From contig OX597816.1 in assembly GCA_951406725.2 (NCBI GenBank), positions 102,362,001 to 102,426,000 on the forward strand: DNA of 64,000 nucleotides, read 5' to 3'. The notes beneath the pieces are model-generated. The model was not told the origin of the DNA and made no database searches. It saw nothing but the letters and a program-made list of their open reading frames with translations. The translations under genes were made by a program, and so were the position numbers. This document shows positions 54,781 to 64,000 of the stretch, one piece after another; within the stretch, counting starts at the first letter, position 1, and each line of letters begins with the position of its first letter. The DNA comes from Octopus vulgaris. Taxonomy: Eukaryota.

Positions 54781-55217
54781 TATATATATATTTCAATTTT
54801 GTTTCCACCTGAAATCACATAAATTGCCTTATTATTTGTAGGCTTTACCCATTTTCAAGTCATTTCTGTAATAAACAGCTCAATGTTACATTTATAGACG
54901 AGATGAATTATAGAAATCACTAAATGAATATGTTAACAATACACCATAAATTAGAATATTGCTAACGAAAATGTCTGGCCTTAGTTTTAGAGTGTAACTG
55001 AATATGCTACACGGTTATTAGGTTTTCAGGTGTTACGTAAATTCAAAATATTTTAAATATATTTTGATTTGTAATAACAAAATGATAGTAACTCTGAATG
55101 GGTGTTCAAACTGAAGGTTTTCTAAAATCAAAATTTCATTTTCTTTGGGAAGCTAATATCACAAAATATGTTAATCTTATTACAATGTTTGGTGTTTTGT
55201 AGTCTTTAACACAAAGA

Positions 55218-55906
55218 CAGGGTGCTCGTGATAAATCAAAATGTATCAACTAGATTATAACTGGGGGATAATAGTTTACTCAAAGGAGCTTCCTCTGCTT
55301 TCACCACGGCCTCAAGGTGGTTTCGGAACCTGGTGCATTTGTTCCAAACTGTGTTACTGGGATGATCTTCGAACACCTCCTTGATTTTGGCCACTAATTC
55401 GGCCTTGAATGTTACAGGCTGTGTGGTTCTTGTTTACCTCAACTGCGTCCAACACATGATAAACCATGGGATTATAATCAGGTAAATTAAGAGGCCAGAA
55501 ACTGATGTTGACGAAGTTATAGAAATTCTCCTACAACCTCTTCTGATTCTTTCCGGAGATTTGACAAAGATCCAAATCCTGCTGCCCTACATATCGCCTT
55601 CAAGCAGCGACTCTTTTTTTGCAGCTGACCATGTCACATCTTACAGCCTTTAATGTGCTCACAGAACATTGAGCAGCAGTCATGAAGTTGGCATTTGAAG
55701 ATCCAGCGCAAATCATGATACAGGTAACTCTTTTTCAATATTCAGCTGGCTTCCAGTCTTCTATGTTAGCTAACTTTTTCTCAACTACAACTTTAATCTT
55801 TGTACCCCGCCTCCCCACCACAACACCTTTGACTGTTCACCAATACATCAAACTGTTCCTATAAAAAGGTGACATAAAAATCGTCCAATTTAACCATAAA
55901 ACCCTG
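55218..55906 (-). mobile_element. Tc1/mariner-superfamily deletion derivative, copy 2
   Basis: cagggtg...accctg|ta; ENFYNFVNISFWPLNLPDYNPMVYHV; homologous to 43391-44281. Confidence 0.8.
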
Positions 55907-56247
55907 TATTTTTCCAAAACCATGTATACTTTCATAAATTTCAATCCAAAGATCATTCTCAGATTACTAAAAGAATGTCGATGCTGATTAAATCATTCGT
56001 TAAAGTTATTTTCAGTTAACCCATATAAAATCTGAAAAGTGAATTTTCAGTTGTAAATATTTTTACATGATAAAATATCAATTTAGAAAGGCACGAATAA
56101 ATTAGAGGACATTTTGCAGGCTGAGAGAACTGTGCGAGGAAGAAGTATTAGAAATAGATGGCTGACATTAGATGTAGATCTTTACTGTTCATTTTCACTA
56201 TTTCTGCATTTTCACTATTTCTGAGTGTGGATTAATACGCACACGCA

Positions 56248-56332
<85 letters not shown>

Positions 56333-56389
56333 TTATGCATGTACAAATGTACATATCTGTCATTGTAAGTTTGTGTGTGTATGAGTGTG

Positions 56390-56426
<37 letters not shown>

Positions 56427-56469
56427 AATATACATTTGAAAGGTCATATATATTTATATTATTGTATAA

Positions 56470-56560
<91 letters not shown>

Positions 56561-56582
56561 GTATGTATGCATGTATGTATGT

Positions 56583-56705
56583 ATGAAATTTACAGAAAAA
56601 CAAAAGTCGAATACAGGTGTATGAACAACAAGCAGGTGTATTAGTTTGATGCTCGGGAAAGTGAGAAAGTCTTTTACGTTTCGAGCCTACGCTCTTCAGA
56701 AGAAA

Positions 56706-56710
<5 letters not shown>
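56583..56710 (-). mobile_element. Solo PLE 3' terminus with decayed hammerhead motif (56671-56706)
   Basis: Minus strand ctttcttctgaagagcgtaggctcgaaacgtaaaagac. Confidence 0.75.
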
Positions 56711-56739
<29 letters not shown>

Positions 56740-57134
56740 ATTATTCGTGTCGATTCATTCGACTAAAAATTCTTCGAGGCGGTGCCCCACCATGTCCCCC
56801 AGTTTAAAGACTGAAACAAGCAAAGGATACAGGATAAAAGATAAAAGATATATGTATATATACATACATACATACATGCTTGCATGCATACATACATAAA
56901 CACATGCATACGCACACACTCACACACACACATACACACATCTGCTATCTTTCTGCTTTTCTAAATTCTTCCTATAAGGCAAGAGCTAGTTTCTGACAAA
57001 GTCCCATCATTGGAATTTAGATAACGATGATGAAGAGTCATATACGTATGTAAATATACATACACACACACACACATACATACATACATACATACATACA
57101 TACACACACACACATACATACATACATACATACA

Positions 57135-57168
<34 letters not shown>

Positions 57169-57313
57169 ATATACTGTATGTATATGTCACGACACTTTAG
57201 TAGAAAGTACATGCCTGCTGTGTGCGAGTGCGTGTGTTTGTATGTGTATGTGTGTGTGTATATATGTACACTTATACAATTATATACATATATGACCTTT
57301 CAAATGTATATTA

Positions 57314-57373
<60 letters not shown>

Positions 57374-57419
57374 AATACATATATATATATATATATGTAT
57401 ATAAATACACACATATATG

Positions 57420-57483
<64 letters not shown>

Positions 57484-59339
57484 ATATATATATATATATA
57501 TGTATCACCTCAAGTATACGCAAACATACACGTATAGTATGTTCGTATGTTTCTTTTATGCCTGTGTGTTATTGATTTTTCCCTCATTTGGTTTAAACGC
57601 TTTTCCACTTGTCTCTCTGTCCGTTTGTCTGTTTGTTAATCTGATATCATGAATGAATGTCTCTGTCTCTTTGTCTGTTGGTGTTTCTTTCTGTTTTGTC
57701 AATCAAGTTGCCTGACTGATTGACTGGCTGTCAGTTTACCAATCTTTCCAGTCTTCTAGTCTGACTCTACGTCTATCAATCATTCGATCTTTCTCATTGA
57801 CTCTCTGTCTGTGTGCTTGCCTGTTTGTCTACTAGCCTGTCTGTCTGTGTACCAGCATGTTTCTCCCAACTCCGCATCCTTCTTCCTCAAATGCTTTATT
57901 TTCTGCATTTAACCGGTTCTGCTTGGATGATTTTCCTTTTATGGTCTTGTAGGATGTTTACGCCATCTGTGACAGTTGACGGAGGGCGCAGTTTTCTTTC
58001 CTTCCTGTTTATTTTTTCACTATAACAACTATGCTTTTATCCATTTTAGGTCGATAGAATATGTACCAGTAATATAATTTAGGTAAATTTAATCGTGTGT
58101 ATTCTTGTTTCCTGTATGTTTTTTCATTATCACCTCCAAAGAACTCATTGCTTGCCTACACCTTTACAGTTTACATGCACTCACAACCACACACAGTCAC
58201 ACATATACTCACACACACCTAAACATATAAACATGTACACATACACACATAAAATGATATACATGTAAATGTACACATTATTTTCCCTTGACTCTTCCTA
58301 CTTACTTTTTAGCTCGGATGTTAAGCCTTTTCTATACCCTTACTGATGAATTCTTAATCCCTTAATCTTCTTTCGAAAGTTGTACAACACTCGAGTTCTG
58401 TATATATCACAATCTGTTTCACTGAACTCGTCCCCTCTTCACCCTCAACTCCTTTCACCAAGGCTTCAACTTCAAAGTTGTTGAAGGGGCCATGGCCACC
58501 AGAATCAGTTTCCAATCACTCCAATATGCATGTTGGCGTAATTTCCTTTTCTTCGGCCTCAACCCAGAGCTATATGGTATTATATGTACATCTGTGTTGG
58601 CGCCTCGTCTCTTACCTGTCAACAACTCACTTCATTCATTGACTGCGGTATCTCCTTCCACACGTATCTTAGAATTTACATTTGCAATCTCCTCACGTCT
58701 TATCAACCTCGAAGCGTTTCCATTTTCTATAACCAATTAAACCTCTCTACTTGCATCGTTTACAAATCTATTGACTTCTCCTTTTACCGCAACTTCGCCT
58801 CTTCTCACTCCACTTGCACGAAATCGTCATTCCTAACTCACACTTTCTCTGATTCTACAGTAGAGTAGCCGAAATTTTGACTCTGAGGTCCAGTCATGTA
58901 TACATCTCTATCATCCTCATAAACAACCTTTTCTTTCCATCACTTTCCATTCCGCGATCTTCTCTATGAAGCTTACCAAATGATGACGTTTCATCCCTTC
59001 CATTACGACGTCTTATATCCTGCATTTTTTTCTGAACACCCTCTCCCTTCGTTCAGGCACAATCACAATCTGGGTCAATTTAGCTCCCCTTAACCCGTTG
59101 CCACACCCAATCTAAACCTTTTTTTTCTATTGCAGCATCTGTTCCTTTACCCCGAACATAACCATTCTACATGGTGCTAACTTATCGTTCTACGTCATAG
59201 AATATTTTACCAGCACCTCTAAAAATTTTATTTGCTGTATTAAAGATCTGTGAGTTACTGTGTATAGGAAAAACTGTTATTAAGGTGATCAACTTAAGGA
59301 ACACTTATTCTTCTACATGTTAACAACACCGGATCACTT

Positions 59340-59880
59340 CGACCTCTGGTCTGCTCTATAGTTTTTAGAGTGGTTCTGTATATCTATCCCAGCATAGTCT
59401 TTTTATCAGATGGCATCGTATATTATTCTGGCGACAACGTCACGTTGAATTAACAGGTAGTACCTTAATGACACTTTGGAAAAGCTGCTGGTCATATGTA
59501 TGATGTCTTCCACAGAAGAGTGACATAATCTACATTTTCGGTTGCAAGTAGGGGTTCCGAAAGCTTCACTGTCTTCATTAAGTATTTGGGAGCAATCTCC
59601 TGCTCTTGGATTGCCTTCGAAAGCTACATTTCATATCGTTATCACTATCGTCTTCGAAACATATTTGTGGGTAAGTCTTTTTATGATATGATGAGCAGTT
59701 CTAACATACCATGAGGTATGTAAGCCTACCTGTTTTGGTGGTTGTATGGGAGGTCATCAGGAAGAGAGTGCTTCCTGAGGAGCTCATTGCCAACGTGTAG
59801 GATATTGTTTTCCTTGTCTTTTCAACTCTAAGTTTATGTATTTATTTTTTGTGCTGGTGTTTACCAGGTACTATCTGAGG
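59340..59880 (-). mobile_element. RLE-type non-LTR retrotransposon fragment
   Basis: KAIQEQEIAPKYL..CNRKCRLCHSSVEDIIH..SKVSLRYYLLIQRDVVARIIY; homologous to 24330-24500. Confidence 0.75.
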
Positions 59881-60005
59881 AAGAGATAGCTAGATAGAGA
59901 TAGAGATAGAGATAGAGATAGATAGAGAGAGAGAGAGTCTATATGTCATTCAAAGGTTGTCTGCTCTGACCTGAAGCCCGTACCTCCTTCGTATGTATGT
60001 ATGTA

Positions 60006-60223
60006 TGAGGGGTTGCTGAAATGTTCGTGGCGTTAAAGGTGTCACGAGGAGACCAGGTTGAAGGCTCAAACTTCCGAGTTCTTTATAAAGCTTAGAAAAA
60101 CTGAAGGACGGTTGCAATAAATGTGTGAATCCGAGAGGTATATGCTGAATAAGATCATAATTAAGTGATCCGCCTGTATTTTCTTTTACCCAAAGCCAGA
60201 AGAAATTTCTCAGTACCCTCTCG
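60006..60223 (+). mobile_element. Mariner-derived MITE
   Basis: ta|tgaggggttgctgaaa ... ttctcagtaccctctcg|ta; LEKLKDGCNKCVNPRG resembles a mariner C-terminus. Confidence 0.7.
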
Positions 60224-60529
60224 TATGTAAGTATGTATGTATGTATGTATGTATGTATGTATGTATGTATTTATGTATGTATGTATGTATGTGTGTGTAT
60301 ACACACACACACACACACACATATATATATGCATACAAATATAAATGAGTTTGCATTTTATATTCAGAAAAATCTGGACACAGCTGTACTGATCCCCAGA
60401 TGAAACACATTGCAAATTAGAAGTAACTTTTCAAATGAATCTATGCGCATAGACATACACACGTGCACCCGCGTACGCACAAACGCAACAAGTATACATA
60501 CATACTTACATACATGTATACATACATAC

Positions 60530-60560
<31 letters not shown>

Positions 60561-60871
60561 CATACATACATACATACATACATACATACATACATACATA
60601 CATACATACATACATACACACGCTGCTTAACTACATATACACACTTTTATGCCTTTGGTCTAATATGTATATGCGTACGCGTGTGTATGACTGTGTGTGT
60701 GTGTTTGTACACACTCATGCTTCTACTTACAAAGACATGTTTAATTTATTTTAGAGTTATAATTACATGATAGATGTCTATTTAATTAAATTAAATATAT
60801 TCGTGTGCTTGTTTGTCTAAGTTGTATGTATATATGTGTGTTTGTGTGTGTGTGTGTAAATGTATACATGT

Positions 60872-60911
<40 letters not shown>

Positions 60912-60912
60912 C

Positions 60913-60943
<31 letters not shown>

Positions 60944-61134
60944 TGAGAGAGAGAAAGAGAGAGAGAATGAGAGAGAGAATGAGAGAGATTAAGTATAGTA
61001 TACTATTATTCATTAGAGTTGAATAATGACTAGCCTTAATCGTATAATATATTAAGTTTCCAGCAACGGAGCGGTGGAATATCGAATGTTACACGCACAG
61101 AAGCACACACAAGTATGTATATAAGTTACACACT

Positions 61135-61270
<136 letters not shown>

Positions 61271-61711
61271 TAAAATATACATCAAACATAAATGTGTGTA
61301 AATCTGATGTTAAGCATATACGTATTAAAATTAGATGAATTTTGTGTTGACTCACTCATGCGCTGTAATAACGATTTATTTATACGCATGTATAGTCAGA
61401 CATTAATCAGTACAGGATAGCTTTGGCTGAAGAGACATAAGGAAGTCGAAACACCGAGATACCCCTGACCTAATAAATCGAATGCGTTTTGTACACGCAT
61501 CCACATACATTCATCTGAAAGGAGAATTTATTCTACAATGACAAAATAGTGATTAGTGTATTCACGTTCGAATCCACCAGAACATAATAAGAATTGATAT
61601 ATGTATGTTATCGCATAGTAAAACGGTTTTTGTTCATGCATAAGCATCCATATACGTTGAATCCGAAAGTCTTTCACATACACGCCGCATTATATGAATC
61701 CATAGTAGTAT

Positions 61712-62214
61712 AGTGTGGTTAAAAAGCTCGCGCTGCAACCACGTGGTTCCAGGTTAAGTCCTACTGTGCAATACTTTGGGCGAGAGTCTTCTGCTATAAC
61801 TACGGATTGAACAATGCCTTGTGAGTGAATTTAGTTGGCGGAAACTGTGGGAAAGCATGTATGTATGTATGTATGTATGTATGTATGTATGTATGTATGT
61901 ATGTATGTTTGTATGTATGTATGTTTGTATGTATGTATGTATGTATGTATGTATGTATGTATGTATGTATGTATGTATGCTTGCATGCATGCATGCATGT
62001 ATGTATGCATGCATGCATGCATGTATGTATGTATGTATGTATGTATGTATGTATGTATGCATGCATGCAAGCATGCATGCATGTATGTATGTATGTATGT
62101 ATGTATGTATGTATGTATGCATGCATGCATGTATGTATGTATGTATGAATGTATTATGTATGTATATGTGTGTGTTGTGTGTATGTGTGTGTAGTGTGTG
62201 TGTATGTATATATA

Positions 62215-62266
<52 letters not shown>

Positions 62267-62472
62267 CCTCTGTCTTTGTGTTTGTATTTGTCTCCCTGCC
62301 GCTTGAAAATTGGCGGTGGTTTTTTTTTTCTTGTGGCTCCGTAACATAACAGATTGGGCAAAAACAAAGACTGAATTAGTACCAGGTAAAAAGTATTGGG
62401 TCGATTTCTTCGACTAAAACCTTCGATGTGTTTTCCCCTAGGATGGTCGCAGTCCAATGAATGAAATACAGA
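61712..62472 (+). mobile_element. SINE family C with about 420-bp internal microsatellite
   Basis: 5' half 61712-61855 and 3' half 62275-62472 homologous to 10170-10677. Confidence 0.75.
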
Positions 62473-62614
62473 TAACTGACCTCCCCCATATGCATATATG
62501 TGTGGATATGTTGCTTGAATTCATTTATATTGCGATATGATTTTGTTTTATGCAGAGTGACGTGTATGCGCTGACATAAACGAATGTATACATAAAATAA
62601 CCACCCCATAAACC

Positions 62615-62915
62615 TGGTCACGACGACGATGGTTCCAGTTGATTTGATCAACGGAACAGCCTACTTGTGAAATTAACGTGCAAATGGCTGAGTACTCCGC
62701 AGACACGAATACTCGTAACGTAGTTCTCTGGGAGATTCAGTGTGATACAGAATGTGTCAAAGCTGGTCCTTTGAAATACAGGTACTACTCATTTTTGCCA
62801 AGTGAGTGGACTGGAGCAACGTGAAATAAAGTGTCTTGCTCAAGGACACAACACGCCGCCGGGAATCGGACTCATGACCTTACGACCTGGAATAGAATAC
62901 CTTAATCACTGGCGA
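62615..62915 (-). mobile_element. SINE family D-related, long-tail variant
   Basis: Minus strand ccgattcccgg..tgtgtccttgagcaagacacttta..ctccagtccactca..aaatgagta. Confidence 0.8.
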
Positions 62916-62999
62916 TGCTCCTTCTCTAAACGAATACACATATTCATGCACCTCCCCACACACCTGCACACACTTTCATACGTGTACATCTATGTATAG

Positions 63000-63210
63000 T
63001 AAATTTCTCTCCTTTTTTCTCTCCCTTTTTCTCTCTCCTTTTTTCTCTCCTTGTTTCTCTCCTTGTTTCTTTCTGTGTTCCTTTCTGTGGAAGAGCGTAG
63101 GCTCGAAACGTTAAAGACTTTTTAAATTCCCGAGCGTTATACAAATACATCTGTTTGTTTTCTACACCACCTGTCTTCGTCTTTTGTTTTTTTCGTGAAT
63201 TCTCCCTATA
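63000..63210 (+). mobile_element. Solo PLE 3' terminus with hammerhead motif (63081-63116, CUGUGGA core)
   Basis: ctttctgtggaagagcgtaggctcgaaacgttaaagac. Confidence 0.8.
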
Positions 63211-63768
63211 GTAAATAATAAAGGATTTAAATCGGTTATAAGTAAACTGTGGCTTACGAGAATTTCTGAACGGTACGCCAACGGAAAGTTACTTTCAATT
63301 TTTTTAGTAGTGCGGCCTGCTTGATGATGAGACATGTCTCATGGTTTGCTTCTCGAAAAGGGTTTCCCTGCCTAGTTTGACTTAATACTCAACGCACAAG
63401 CGGCGAATTAGCAGAATCGTTAGAGCTTCTGCCAGAAGCTCCTATAATATTCGTTCTGACAGTCTATGGTCAAATCCCGTCGAGCACTACTTATCCTTTC
63501 CTCTTCTTTTCTTCTCTTCGCTGATTGTCACTTCATTTCAATTGGTCCATTCAGTCTTGTTACAAGCGTGTCACGCTGATTCGGCATTGAGAGTAAGTCT
63601 CTGTCAAGTGCTGAGACTCTTACACACGGATTTCGTGAACTAGAATTCTGTCAATGGAACCAATGTTTATTGTTGACACCGAGGAAGAACCAAACATATA
63701 CAGTTTATATAGCAATAATGCGTATTTCTATTTCGACTTTTCAAATAAATATGTATGTTCGAACTCAG

Positions 63769-63832
<64 letters not shown>

Positions 63833-63835
<3 letters not shown>

Positions 63836-63975
63836 CGATGGGCTCCTTTCAGTTTCCGTTTACCAAATCCACTCATAGGGACTATAGTAGAAGAAACTTG
63901 CCCAACGTGCCACGCAGTGGGACTGAACCCGGAACCATGTGGTTAGGAAGTAAGCTTCTTACCACACCCCTGTAC
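63833..63975 (-). mobile_element. SINE family C 5' half
   Basis: Minus strand gtgtggtaagaagcttacttcctaaccacatggttccgggttcagtccc. Confidence 0.8.
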
Positions 63976-64000
63976 CTATATATATACATACACACACACA

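Overview
Eukaryotic, AT-rich, repeat-saturated non-coding DNA (intergenic or a large intron). No intact host protein-coding gene can be supported. The density of (TA)n/(CA)n/(CATA)n/(GA)n microsatellites and the tRNA-derived SINE families suggest an octopus (coleoid cephalopod) genome; this is inference. Nearly all listed ORFs are microsatellite translations. The real content is mobile-element debris: at least 5 Penelope-like element (PLE) relics (one near-intact RT+GIY-YIG frame with a single stop), a restriction-like-endonuclease (RLE) non-LTR family tied to (CATA)n, CR1-like, RTE-like and L1/Tx1-like LINE fragments, 5 SINE-like families, Tc1/mariner, piggyBac, hAT and pogo derivatives, and non-autonomous Helitrons. 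The most interesting signals are a set of minimal hammerhead-ribozyme motifs with recurring non-canonical cores (CUGUNGA, CCGANGA), the (CATA)n-tailed RLE retroelement, a SINE/LINE shared 3' tail, and many long inverted repeats. Repeat boundaries are read by eye and approximate unless terminal motifs are quoted.
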